Source: the human T2T-CHM13v2.0 reference genome, Homo sapiens. Taken from it: a stretch of 64,000 bases of DNA. Both the position numbers and the translations under genes were made by a program. Where the stretch lies: NCBI RefSeq assembly GCF_009914755.1, contig NC_060942.1; one strand, 5' to 3'. Positions within the stretch are counted from its first letter, which is position 1. Each line of letters starts with the position of its first letter. This document shows, piece after piece, positions 16,225 through 37,500 of the stretch. The notes below the pieces were generated by a model that saw only the letters and a program-made list of their open reading frames with translations, did not search any database and was not told the DNA's origin.

Positions 16225-17445
16225 TGGAAAAAAGATCAGTATAAATCAGGAAATGCATGCAGAGATGTGCAGAGCAGGTGAGGGCTCCTGTGGGTGAGAA
16301 TACTTAAACATAATGAAAATCTTCAGAAAGCCAAGATGATATCAGATTATAAAGGGTCATAAAAACTTCACGGTTAGTTTAGGTCAGATACAATGGCAGT
16401 GTGAAGTCATCAAGTGAGAAAGTAACATAATAAACGTATTGATAAAAGACGCTAAGCCATGCAGAGGGATTTTTTCAAAGCTCTGAATTCTAGTCTAGTC
16501 ACAGCATCATTGTGCAAACTGGATGAAATCACAATATTCTCAAGGTCTGAGTGTAGCCTTAGGGTCAGCCCCATGTATGCTTTATGCATACAGATGACAT
16601 TGCTGGGACATCATTAATAGAACATGTGCTTTGGGTTAATTTTAAGTAGGTAGATGTTATTTGTAGCACACCCAGGGAAAAGCAAGTCTTCTTAATGAAA
16701 TACCCACCCAAGGATGCTGCCAACACATTGCCCACTTATACAATGGTATCTCGGGAGCAAATTCAGTGCACTCTGCCCATTTTAAATCTGTATTTACAGC
16801 AATACTGGCAATAATTTTTTTAACTTGGGAATTTATAGAAATGACATGTCTCCAACAGATTGGGAATGACTAAACCCGTGCAATGAGAACTATAAGTTTT
16901 GATGCAGTTAATATAAGTTGATTGGTATAAAACGAACTGGAAATAGTAACTTGCAATTCTTCACCCGAAAGGGGTAAAATGGTATGCTTAAGAGAAGGAG
17001 TTCTGTTAAGTCATATTTCTTCTTGTCTGGGTCCTATTTTTAAGCTCCCTTCTACTTTTGTCATCTCGTATGTGATAAGTAGCTGCAAATGTCCAAAGTT
17101 GAGTTTAGAGAGAGTCTTTATTAATTTTATCGATAAGAAGACAGTTCAACACTCACTGCAAAAAAAAAAAAAAATTGTTCACTGGTTTCTTGTGAGCAAA
17201 GAGATCCTCTGACTTTTCATGCTTCTGCAGATTCAGCTTTTTGATCGTAGTACTCTGCTAATCAGCCTGCCTTTCTCTTCTGCCTGAACTGCAGCAATTA
17301 GAGTTTTCAGGAGCCTCCATACTGATATCATCTTTGCTTTCTGAAGATGTTTCCATTCTATTCAGGTGTTCTCTTCTACAGCCAGACCTCACCTGCTCTG
17401 CACATCCCTGCATTCATTATTTGATATAATCCAGTCTATTTTCCA
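16225..17445. repeat. Inverted repeat pair, ~145-bp arms (16225-16369 and 17301-17445), ~930-bp spacer
   Basis: Exact 20-mer GATGTGCAGAGCAGGTGAGG 16264-16283 is the reverse complement of 17387-17406. A 26/27 block at 16319-16345 matches the reverse complement of 17322-17348. Confidence 0.85.
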
Positions 17446-19024
17446 ACCTCCTCTTGTTTTGGTTGAAAGAATAACTTCGAGATTGAAGTCCGAATTTAAA
17501 AAGCAATCTTCCAGTAGACAGAAGCATCCCAAAATTATATTTATATGTAATATTATTAAACACTTCTTTTAATTGTAAAGATCAGGATTTTTGGCACTAT
17601 TTAATCATTTCATATCCAATGTAGCCCAATAAAACCTTTTTTTCCCTTTCTTTCAAAGGCACATATTTATAAAATTGTGAAATGTTTTGAAGTTAAGTAT
17701 GTAGCTGATCACAGCTCTCCCCTTAGCAACAGACTGATCCACCCACCAACTTGCCATATAGGCTAACAAATTACCCATAAAATCTTTCTCAGTTACTAAT
17801 GCTAAAAGATAATATCAACTAGCCTAGGCATTTTAACTGAAAAAAGAAAAATGTCCACATACCCACACATGTTTATTTACTGAAATGGCATGCAAGAACT
17901 GCTTTCATTGATTAATTTAGTCATTGGATGTTTATTAAACAAACATTATGTGTCAAGCACTGTGGCTAAAAAATACCTCCGATAGACACTATATGCTGAG
18001 CTAAGAAAAGAACTGATCTGGAAACATTCTTCTGAAATCATACATACCCCTGAACATATTCTCAGGAAAAGGAATTGTGGTTTACTAACAGCACATTATG
18101 GATAAGTGGGATCAATCCAAGAAGTTTCACTTTAATGGAAAAGGAAAAGATAGAAAAAAGAGAGATTATCCTGTTAGTTCTTAAAGTCACCACTGGTCTA
18201 CCGTATCACTTTTTAGAGCTCATGTCCTTGTCAGTTACCAAGGGCATGATCTCAGTAACTAAAAGAGATGTAATAAATGCAGAGCAGCAGAAAACATACA
18301 TAGGAAGTTGAGTTTTAAGGTGGGGTCATTTACCCACGTTGTGAAAAATGGAAATCTCTGTGGCACATGTATATCGTATGGGCTCTTTTGTTTGACAACT
18401 CATCCACTTACAATTTCTTATTTCATTCTAGGCATAATAAGTAAGTTGCTCTCAAAGCCCTCAATTGTTAATTGGTCTACTTTAAAATGAAGTAATATTC
18501 TGTTTCTTATGGTGGGTGCTGTATTTGAAATGCATTAGTATTCATTTTTAAATGCTTAATCATGTAAAATTTTATTTCAAACTCAATCATTTAGCCTGGC
18601 AAATTTCTAGCTGATGAAAATGTCAAACACAAAAAGATAAAAATGTTTAACCAGTTAAGTGCCTTAAGTTTTTGACAAATACTATGCTTACGTGTTGAAC
18701 ACTTTCTGCCAGAACTCAGAGTTTTCTTAAAAATAGAAATGGAGAAAATCAGCCTCACTAAATACATGATCCCTCATTCCCTAGGCTAAGTCAGATCTTT
18801 CCTCATGTCTCATTCTGAGTCTCTCCTCTGTGAAGGGTCATTTCTGTATTCTGTTTTGCTTGTATTGACTGTATGTTAAATAAAAAAGAGAACTGAGGAA
18901 GAAGGAAGGCTTAGGTGTTACAGGTAAATGAATGTGAGACTCTAAATAAACACGTTTTGGTCTTCTGGCCTATGCTTACTCATCAGCAAAAGCAGGAGAC
19001 TGAATCAAATGATCTCTTAGATGC

Positions 19025-19545
19025 TGTATTAGTTATGGCTCTCCAGAAAAAATATATATATGCACACACACATACACACACACACACACACACAGAGGTA
19101 GAGAGAGGTAGAGGTAGAGAGAGAATTATGAGGAATTGACTCAAGCATTTATGAGGGCTGAGATTTCCCAGGATCTATTGTCTGCAGGCAGGAGACCCAG
19201 GAATGCTGGTGGTGTAATTCAGTCCAAGTTCAAAGGCCAGAGAAATAGGGGGGCTGATGGTGTAAATCTCTGAGAGCAGGAGAATATGAGATAAGATGCC
19301 CCTACTCAAGCAGTGAGGCAGAAATCAAAAGGGCATGAATTCCTCTTTCCTCTGCCTCTTGTTCTATGCCAGCACTTAAGGGATTAGATGATATCCACCC
19401 ACATTATGGAAAGTATCTATTTTAGAGTACATGGATTCAAATACTAATGTCATCAGGAAACAGCCTCACAGGCACTCCTAGACATAATGTTTAATGTGGG
19501 CACCCCATGACTCAATCAAGTTGCCACATAAAACTAATCATCACA
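19025..19545 (-). mobile_element. MLT2B-type ERVL solo LTR with internal (CA)n
   Basis: TGTATTAG...ATCATCACA termini. Perfect 5-bp TSD GATGC 19020-19024 / 19546-19550. (CA)n at ~19063-19094. Confidence 0.9.
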
Positions 19546-21962
19546 GATGCTTTCAGTTCATTCCTTCTATGGATTCAATTTGTAAAGTCATTTCCCTCTT
19601 CATTCCTTCCTTATTTCCTTATTTTCTTCCTGCGTCCTTATGGAAAAAATGTTGGAGAAAGAAAACTGCATCAATTTATTTTTTTCATTTTCTTTTCTTT
19701 ATAAGACTTTTTTTGAGATATAACTCACATACCATGTAACCTACTCACTCATCAGTTGAATTTTAACCATAGATGTTTTAAAGTTAATAATTAAAATATC
19801 TTCCATGCATCACATGAGATGCTTGTTAAGAAGCTTATATTCAAGTAGAAAACTAAAACCAGATAGCCAACTAAACACAGCCAGGAAGAGCTTCTCCCAC
19901 CAAGAGACTACATCATCAATACTGGCACAAGCAGATCCAAGCAGATCTTTGGAGGGAGGGCATTGAGAGTGGGCAGAGGGAGGATGTAGACCCTGGGCTG
20001 GAAGAGGAGGAAGGTGGAAACACTGCATGGGGTTGCCAAGCACCAGAACTAATTCCAGACCCCCAGAAGCTACTGGGGACGGGCTGTGTTAAACAAGCAA
20101 GGAGTGGCCCACTCTCGCCATGGGCCTCTGGAATCCTTGCTACAGGAGACCCCATGACACCCACGGACATCTGAGCTGGCAGGGAGAGCCACTTAAAGAG
20201 GTGGCAGGGAAAGGACTCTAGCCTGTGTAGAGCCCAGAGTGTTTGGTGTGGGAATGGCTGCAGTGGAGCACAGCCAGGGACACCTACCCCCAAAGGTTCA
20301 CCATGCTCCTCCAGGTGGCTTCAGCCTCTATTGACTCTCAGGCCTAGATAGAGCAGGCTTGTCTTGCCCATGAGATATAGCCAGTCTAATATTAGCCGCT
20401 CTCCCACCCCCATAAGCTGGCCTCTTCCTGGGTCCCTGCCAGACTGTGACTGCTTGCAGTGCAAAGTCAGATGCCCAACCAGGGTGCTTTTTGGCAGCCA
20501 CCACTATAGCTCTTTCACCAACAGACACCACCTAGCCATTAGAGAGCTTCCACAGGCAGGCCCATGGCAGTGTAAACCCATCCACAGCCTATCTCCACTG
20601 CTTTGCCAGCACACATTCACCTGAAGCCTTCCCTGACCTCTTTGCCAGCATGCACATACACACATACCTTGCCATTGCCACAGCCTTGTCCATACCAGCA
20701 CATGCACAGACCCCACCACCCAACTGCCACTGGTGCACACACACAGAGCACACCACCCTGTCACTGCTGGCACATGTGTGTGCATGCACCTTACCATGCC
20801 ACTGGAGCATGGACCTTACCATGCCATAGCCACCAGCTCATGTGTGTACACACAGGTCCTGCTGCACCATTACCCTACTGTGGCTGGGGTGCACGCAAGC
20901 ACAGACACCACTACCACTGCCACAGCAAAGCACTTTTGCTGGCACTCCCCATTGGAGTTGTTGCCAGAGGACCAGGAATACTTCAGCCTCTCTAAAGTAG
21001 CAGGTACTTAAGCATGAGGGGCCAGAAAACAAAGCTACAGTACTTCTCCCAGCCCAACAGGTTATGGCATGCAGCCCAGGAGCCCTGCCTCCATAAAATA
21101 GTCAAGAAATGAAGCCAATCAATAGCAGCTTCAAAGATTAAAGAAATATCACCCCACCCAGATGAGAAAAAAGCAATGCAAGAACTCTGACAACTCAAAA
21201 AGCCAGAGTGTTGTCTTACCTCCAAACAACCACACTAGCTCCCCAGAAATTATCCTTAACCAGGCTGAAATCACTGAAATAAAACACATGGAATTAAGAA
21301 CCTGGATAGCATTGAAGATCACTGAGATTCAAGAGAAAGGTGAAACCCAATCCAAGGAATCTAAGAAATCCAGTAAAACAATGTAAGAGTTAAAAAACGA
21401 AATTGCCAATAACTCTATCAAACTGACCTTATAGAGCTGAAAATCAAACTACAAAAATTTCATAATACAGTCAGAGCTACTGACAGACCAGACTGAGGAA
21501 AGAATCTCAGAGCTCAAAGACCAGTTATTTGAATTAACACAGTCAGATGAAAATATAGAAAAAAGAATTTAAAATAATGAGCAAAATCACCAAGAAATAT
21601 AGGATTATATAAAGACACAAAACTTATGAATGATTGGTGTCCCTGAAAGACAGGGAGAAAGAGCAAGCAACTTGGAAAATATATTTGAGAATATCACCCA
21701 TGAAAATATTCCCACCTTTGCTAGAGAGCTCTGAACATTCAAATTCAGAGAACCCCTTCAAGATATTATACAAGACAACCATCCCCAAGACACATAGTCA
21801 TCTGATTCTCCAAGGTCAATGCAAAAATTATATATATACATATATAATAAAAATTATATATAAATATAAATAAAAGATAGCTAGAGAGAAGGGGCAGGTC
21901 ACCTACAAAGGAAACCTTATCAGGCTAACAAAGGATCTTTCATCAGAAATCCTACAAGCCAG

Positions 21963-26101
<4,139 letters not shown>

Positions 26102-29100
26102 AGAAATCCTACAAGCCAGAAGAGATCAGTGTCAGATATCCAGCATTCTTAAAGAAAAGAAACTCCAACCAAAAATTTTATATCCAGCCAAACTAAGCTT
26201 CATAAATGAAGGAGAAATATAATCCTTTTTAGACAAGTAATGATAAGGGAAAGTGTCACCACCAGACCTGCCTTACAAGAGGTCACTAAGGGAGTGTTAC
26301 ATATGTAAATGAATGTTACCTGCCATGACAAAAATACACTTAAATATATAGCCCACTAAAATATAAAGCAACTACACAATCATGTCTACATAACTATCAG
26401 CTAACAACATGATGACAGGATCAAATCCACACATATTAATATTTACCTTGAATACAAATGGGCTAAATGCCCCACGTAAAAGGCACATAGTGGCAAACTG
26501 GATAAAGAAGCAAGACCGAACTGTATGCGGTCTTCAATAGACCTATTTCATGTGCAATTACACCCAAAGGCTCAAAGTAAAAAGATAGGGAAAAATTTAC
26601 CAAGCAAATGGAAAACAGAGGAGAGCAGAGTATACCATTCTTATTTCAGACAAAACAGACTTTAAGCCAACAACAATCAAAAAGGACAAAGTAGGGCATT
26701 ACATAATGGTAAAGGGTTCAATTCGACAAGAAGACTTAATTAACCTAAATACAAATGTACCCAACACGGGAGCACCCAAATTCATAAAACAAGTTCTTAG
26801 CAACCTATAAAGAGACTTAATTAACCACACAATAATGGTGGGAGATGTCAACACCCCACTGACAGTATTGGGCCATTGAGGAAGAAAACCAATAAAAATA
26901 TTCAGAATCTAAGCTCAAGACTTGACCAAATGGACCTACAGAACCATCCACCCCAAAACAACAGAATATACTTTCTTCTCATCCACACAAGGCACACACT
27001 CTAAAACTGACTGTAAGTTCAGTCAGAAAGAAATTCTGAAAAATTAAATAAAAAAGAAACTATGCCAACCATACTCTTGGACCACAGCGCAATTAAAAAT
27101 AGAAATCATCACTAAGACGATCTCTCAAAAGAATATAATTATATGGAAATTTAAAAACCTGCTCCTGAATGACTTTGGAATAAACAATAAAATTAAGGCA
27201 CAAATCAATAAATTCTTTGAAACTAATCAACACAAAGATACAACATATCAGACTCTCTGGAACACAGATAAAGGAGTGTTAAAAGGAAAGATTGTAGCAC
27301 AGAACACCCACATCAAAAAGCTAGAAAGACCTCAAATTAACAACCTAACATTATACCTAGAGTAAATATAGAAACCAGCACAAAATAACCACAAAAGTAG
27401 CAGAAGAAAAGAAATAACCAAAATTCAGAGCTGAACTGAATGAAATTAAGATGTAAAAAATCATACTAAAAATCAATGAAAATAAAAGTTTGTTCTTTGA
27501 AAGAATAAACAAGATAGACCACTAGCTGGACTAATATAGAAAAAATAAGAGAAGATTCAAATAAACACAGTCAGAAATGACAAAGATGACATTATCACCA
27601 ACCTCACAGAAACACACACACAAAAAAACCCTTAGAGTCTACTATGAATGCCTCTATGCACACAAAATAGGATACCTAGAAGAAACGGATAATTTCCTGG
27701 AAACACACAACCTCCCAAGATGAAACCAGGAAGAAATTGAAACCCTGAACAGATGAACAATGAATTGCAAAATTGAATCAGTAATGGAAACCCTGCCAAC
27801 AAGAAAAGGTCCTGGACCAGACAGATTCAAAGCTGAATTCTACCAGATATATAAACAGCTAGTACTAATCCTACTGTAATTATTCCAAAAAATTGAGTAG
27901 AAGGGACCACTCCGTAACTCACTCTATGAGGCCAACATCATTCTGAAACCAAAATCTGGCAGATTCACAGTGAAAAAAGAAAACTTCAGGTCAATATCCC
28001 TGATTAACATATTTGTAAAAATCTTCCACAAAATGCTAGCAAACCTTATCCAGTAACACATCAAAAAGCTAGTTCACTACAAGCAAGTAGGCTTTATTCT
28101 TAGGATGAAAGTCTGGTTCAATATACACAAATCAATAAATGTGATTCATTGCATAAACAGAGTTCTCTAAAAACCTACATGATCATCTCAATAGATGCAG
28201 AAAAGCCTTTCAATGAAATTCAACATCGCTTCATGATAAAAACTGTCAAGAAACCAGGCATTAAAGGGACATACCTCAAAACAGTAAGAGCCATCTATGA
28301 CAAGCTCATAACCAAAATCACACTGAATGGGGAAAAGCTACAAGCATTGTCCTTGAAAACCAAAACAAGACATCCTCCTCACCACTCTTATTCAACATAG
28401 TACTGGGAGTCCTGGCCAGAGCAATCAAACAAGAGAAAGAAAGAAAAGGCATCCAGATAGGAAAAAAATGAAGTCAAAGTCTGTCTCTTCACAGAGGATA
28501 TGATTCTATATGTAGAAAACTCCGTAGTCTCTGCCAAAAGTCTCCTAGATCTGCTAAACAACTTTAGCAAAGTTTCAGCATTAAAAAAAATCAATGTTCA
28601 AAAAGCAGTAGCATTTCTATACACCTGATGTGGTTTAGATTTGTGTCCCCACCCAAATCTCATGGTGAATTAGAAGAGGGCCTGGTGGGAGGTGATTGGA
28701 TCATGAGGGCAATTTCCCCCCTTACTGTCTTTGTGACAGTGAGTGAGTTCTAATGAGATCTGATCATTGAAAAGTATGTGGCACCCACCCTCACACCTTG
28801 CTCCATCATGGTAAGACTTGCTTGCTTCCCCTCCCTCCATGATTGTAAGTGTCATGAGGCCTCCTGGCCATGCTCCCTGTTAATCCTGTGGAACTGTGAG
28901 TCGACTAAACTTCTTTTCTTCATAAGTTATCCAGTCTCAGCTAGTTCTTTATAGCAGTGTAAAAATGGACTAATGTAGGAATTTGGTATCAGGAATGGGG
29001 TACTGCTATAAAGATACCTGAAAATGTGAAAACAACATTAGAGCTGGGTAATAAGTAGAGGTTGAAACAGTTTGGAGAGCTCAGAAAAAGACAGGAAGAC

Positions 29101-29652
29101 GTGGGAAAATTTGGAACTTCCTAAAGACTTGTTGAATGGTTTTGACCAAAATGCTGACAGTGATATGGACAATGAAGTTCAGGCTGAGGTAGCCTCAGGT
29201 GGAGAGGAGAAACTTATTGGGAATTCGAGCAAAGACCATTCTTTGCGTGCTTTAGCAAAGGGACTTCGTGACATTGGGCCCCTGCTCTAGGGATCTGTGG
29301 AACTTTGAACTTGAGAGCAATGATTTAGGGTATCTGGCAGAAGAAATTTCTAAGCAGCAAAGCATCCAACATGGCTGCTTCTAAAAGCCCACAGTCATAT
29401 GCATTCACAAAGAGATGGTCTGGAAATGGAACTTTTTTGTTTTTAATTATTATACTATAAGTTCTAGGGTACATGTGCATAACGTGCGGGTTTGTTACAT
29501 ATGTATACCTGTGCCATGCTAGTGTGCTGCACCCATTAACTTGTCATTTACATTAGGTATATCTCCTAATGCTATCCCTCCCCCCTCCCCCAACCCCATG
29601 ACAGGCCCCGGTGTGTGATGTTCCCCTTCCTGTGTCCAAGTGTTCTCATTGT

Positions 29653-33470
<3,818 letters not shown>

Positions 33471-33533
33471 TATGATGTTAGCTGGTTATTTTGCCCATTA
33501 GTTGATGCAGTTTCTACCTAGCATCAATGGTCT

Positions 33534-34550
33534 TTACAATTTGGCATGTTTTTGCAGTGGCTGGTACTGGTTGTTCCTTTCCATGTTTAGTGCTTCCTTC
33601 AGGAGCTCTTGTGGGGCAGGCCTGGTGGTGACAAAATCTCTCAGCATTTGCTTGTCTCTAAAGGATTTTATTTCTCCTTCATTTATGAAGCTTATTTTGG
33701 CTGGATATGAAATTCTGGGTTGAAAATTCTTTTCTTTAAGAATGTTGAATATTGGCTCCCACTCTCTTCTGGCTTGTAGAGTTTCTGCCGAGAGATCAGC
33801 TGTTAGTCTGATGGGCTTCCCTTTGTGGGTAACCCGACCTTTCTCTCTGGCTGCCCTTAACATTTTTTCCTTCATTTCAACTTTGGTGAATCTGACAATT
33901 ATGTGTCTTGGAGTTGCTTTTCTCAAGGAGTATCTTTGTGGCATTCTCTGTATTTCCTGATTTGAATGTTGGCCTGCCTTGCTAGATTGGGGAAGTTCTC
34001 CGGGATAATATCCTGCAGAGTGTTTTCCAACTTGGTTCCATTCTCCCTGTCACTTTCAGGTACACCAGTAAGACGTAGATTTGGTCTTTTCACATAGTCC
34101 CATATTTCTTGGAGGCTTTTGTTCATTTCTTTTTACTCTTTTTTCTCTAAACTTCTCTTCTTGCTTCATTTCATTCATTTGATCTTCCATCGCTGACACC
34201 CTTTCTTCCAGTTGATCAAATCAGCTACTGAAGCTTATGCATTTGTCACGTAGATCTCGTGCCATGGTTTTCAGCTCCATTAGGTCATGTAAGGACTTCT
34301 CTACACTGGTTATTCTAGTTAGCCATTCGTCTAATCTTTTTTCCAGATTTTTAGCTTGTTTGTCATGGGTTTGAACTTCCTCCTTTAGCTGGGAAAAGTT
34401 TGATCGTCTGAAGCCTTCTTCTCTCAACTCATCAAAGTCATTCTCCATCCAGCTTTGTTCCCTTGCTGGCGAGGAGCTGCGTTCCTCTGGAGGAGGAAAG
34501 GCACGCTGATTTTTACAGTTTTCAGCTTTTCTGCTGTGTTCTTTCCCCAT
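33534..34550 (-). pseudogene. L1 ORF1, disrupted
   Basis: 'MGKEHSRKAEN...', 'SLQEIWDYVKRPNLRL', 'TPRHIIVRFTKVEMKEKMLRAAREK' split by a stop and a frameshift. Confidence 0.9.
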
Positions 34551-37500
34551 CTTTGTGGTTTTATCTACCTTTGGTCTTTGATGATGGTGACGTACAGATG
34601 GGGTTTTGGTGTGGATGTGCTTTCTGTTTGTTAGTTTTCCTTCTAACAATCAGGATCCTCAACTGCAGGTCTGTTGGAGTTTGCTGGAGACGCTGTTTGC
34701 CTGGGTATCACCAGCGGAGGCTGCAGAACAGCAAATATTGCTGAACAGCAAATGTTGCTCCCTGACAGTTCCTCTGGAAGCTTCATCTCAGAGGGGTACA
34801 CAGCCATGTGAGTTGTCAGTCTGCCCCTACTGGGGGGTGCTTCCCAGATAGGCTACTCGGGGCTCAGGGACCCACTTCAGGAGACAGTCTGTCCTTTCTC
34901 AGATCTCAAACTCTGTGCTGGGAGAACCACTACTCTCTTCAAAGATGTCAGACAGGGACATTTAAGTCTGCAGATGTTTCTGCTTCCTTTTGTTTGGCTA
35001 TGTCCTGCCCCCAGAGATGGAGTCTACAGAGGCAGGCAGGCCTTCTCGAGCTGTGGTGGGCTCCACCCAGTTCGAGCTTCCTGGCCACTTTGTTTACCTA
35101 CTCAAGCCTCAGCAATGGCAAGCGCCCCTCCCCCAGCGTCGCTGCCTCCTATCAGTTTGATCTCAGACTACTGTGCTAGCAATGAGTGAGGCTTCATGGG
35201 CGTGGAACCCTCCAAGCCAGGCACAGGATATAATCTCTTGGTGTGCTATTTGCTAAGACTGTTGGAAAAGTGCAGTATTAGGGTGGGAATGACCTGATTT
35301 TCCAGGTGCCATCTGTCACGGCTTCCCTTGGCTAAGAAAGGGAATTCCCTGACCCCTTGTGCTTCCCAGGTGAGGCGATGCCTCGCCCTGCTTCGGCTCA
35401 TGCTCAGTGGGCTGCACCCACTGTCCTGCACCCACTGTCTGACAAGCCCCAGTGAGATGAACCCGGTACCTCAGTTGGAAATGCAGAAATCACCCGTCTT
35501 CTGTGTCACTCATGCTGGGAGCTGTAGACTGGAGCTACTCCTATTTGGTCATCTTGGAACCGCCCCAGAACTTATTTTTAAAAGGGAGGCAGAAAATAAA
35601 AGTTTGGAAAATTTGCAGCTTGACCATGTGGCAGAAAAGAAAACCCCATTTTCTAGGGAGAAACTCAAGGCATGCCAGCTGCAAGAATTTGCATAAGTCA
35701 AGAGGAACCAAATGTTAATAGCCAAGAAATGAGGAAAACAACTCCAAAATATGTTTGAGAACTTTGAGGCAGCCCCTCCCATCCCAGTTCAGGAGGCCTC
35801 TGAGGAAAACAGGTTTTGTTGGCCAGGCCCATGGCCCCACTGCTCTGTGCAGACTCAGGATATGGTGTCCTGCATCCCAGCTACTCCAGCTTCAGCCATG
35901 ACTAAAAGGAGTCAAGGTAAAGCTTGGGTCATTGCTTAAGAGGGAGCAAGCCTCAAATTTTGGCAACCTCCACCTAGATTTCAGAGCATGTATGGAAACA
36001 CCTGGATGTCCAGGCAGAAGTCTGCTGCAGGGGCAGAGCCCTCATGGCGAACCCCTACTACAGCAGTGCAGAGGGGACAAGTGAGATTGGAGCTCCCACA
36101 CAGAGTCCTCACTGGGTCACCGCCTAGGAGATCTGTGAGAAGAGAGCCACCATGCTCTAAACCCAAGAAACGTAAATCCACCAATAGCTTGCACTGTGTG
36201 CCTGAAAAAGCTGCAGGTACTCAATGCCAGCCTATGAATGCAGCCATGAGGACTGTAACCTGCAGAGTCCCAGGAGTGGAACTCCCCAAGGCCTTGGGAA
36301 CCCACCCCTTGAATCAGTGTCACCTGAATGTGAGACATAGAGTCAAAGGAGATCATCTCGGAGCTTTAAGATTTAATGGCTGCCCTGCTGGGTTTTGGAC
36401 TTGCAGAGGGCCTGTAGCACCTTTGTTTGCTTTGGCCAATTTCTCCCATTTGGAATGGGAGCATTTACCCAATGCCTATATTCCCGTTGTATCTTGAGTA
36501 TAACGAACTTCTTTTTTTTTTTTTTTTTTTACATACTCATAGGCAGAAAGGAGTTGCCTTGTCTCAGATGAGAGTTTAAACTGTGGACTTTTGAGTTAAT
36601 GCTAAAATTAGTTAAGACTGGGGGATTGTTGAGAAGGGATAATTGTATTTTGCAATGTTAGAAGGACATGAGATTTGGGAGGGGCCAAGGGTGGAATGAT
36701 GTGGTTTGGATCTGGGTATCTGCCCAAATCTCATGTCAAATTGGAGGATGAGCCTGGTGGGAGGTGATTGGATCATGGAGTGGATTTCTGTCTTGCTGTT
36801 CTCATGATCATGAGTAAACTCTCACAAGATCTATCATTTAGAAGTATGTGGCACCTCCCCACTCCCACCCTCTCTCTCCTGCTCTGCCATGGTAAGACAT
36901 GCTTGCTTCCTCTTTGCCTTCTGCCATGATTGCAAATTTCCTGAGGCATCCTAGCCATGCTTCCTGTTAAACCTGCAGAACTGTGAGTCAATTAAACCTC
37001 TTTTCTTCATAAATTATGCAAACTCTGGTAGTACTTTATAGCATCATGAAAACAAACTAATACAACACGAATAATGTCCAAGCTGAGAGCCAAATCAAGA
37101 ATACAATTCCATTAACTTTAGCCATAAAGAGAATAGAATACCTAGGAATACAGCTAATCAGTGAGGTAAGAGATCTCTACAATGAGAATTACAATACACT
37201 GCTGAAAGAAATCAGAGATAACACAAATAGAAAAACATTACATGCCCATAGATAGGAGGAATCAATATTGTTAAAATGGCTATACTGCTCAGAGCAATTT
37301 ATAGATTCAATATTATTCCTATCAAACAACCAAAACATTCTTCACAGAACTAGAAAAAAAAAACTATTTCAAATTTCATATGGAACCAAAAAAAGAGCCC
37401 AAATAGTGAAAGCAATCCCAGGTAAAAAGAACAAACCTGGAATTATCATGTTATCTGACTTCAAACTATACTGCAAGGCTATAGTAACCAAAACAGCATG

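Noticed and set aside
20364-21032. Cluster of overlapping His/Cys/Pro-rich ORFs
   Set aside because: They fall in the repetitive GC-rich 5'UTR of the old L1PA15/16 element.
35988-36497. 169-aa ORF as a retroviral or domesticated gene
   Set aside because: Lies in the decayed MSTA internal region. Such MaLR ORF remnants are common and there is no sign of preserved function.
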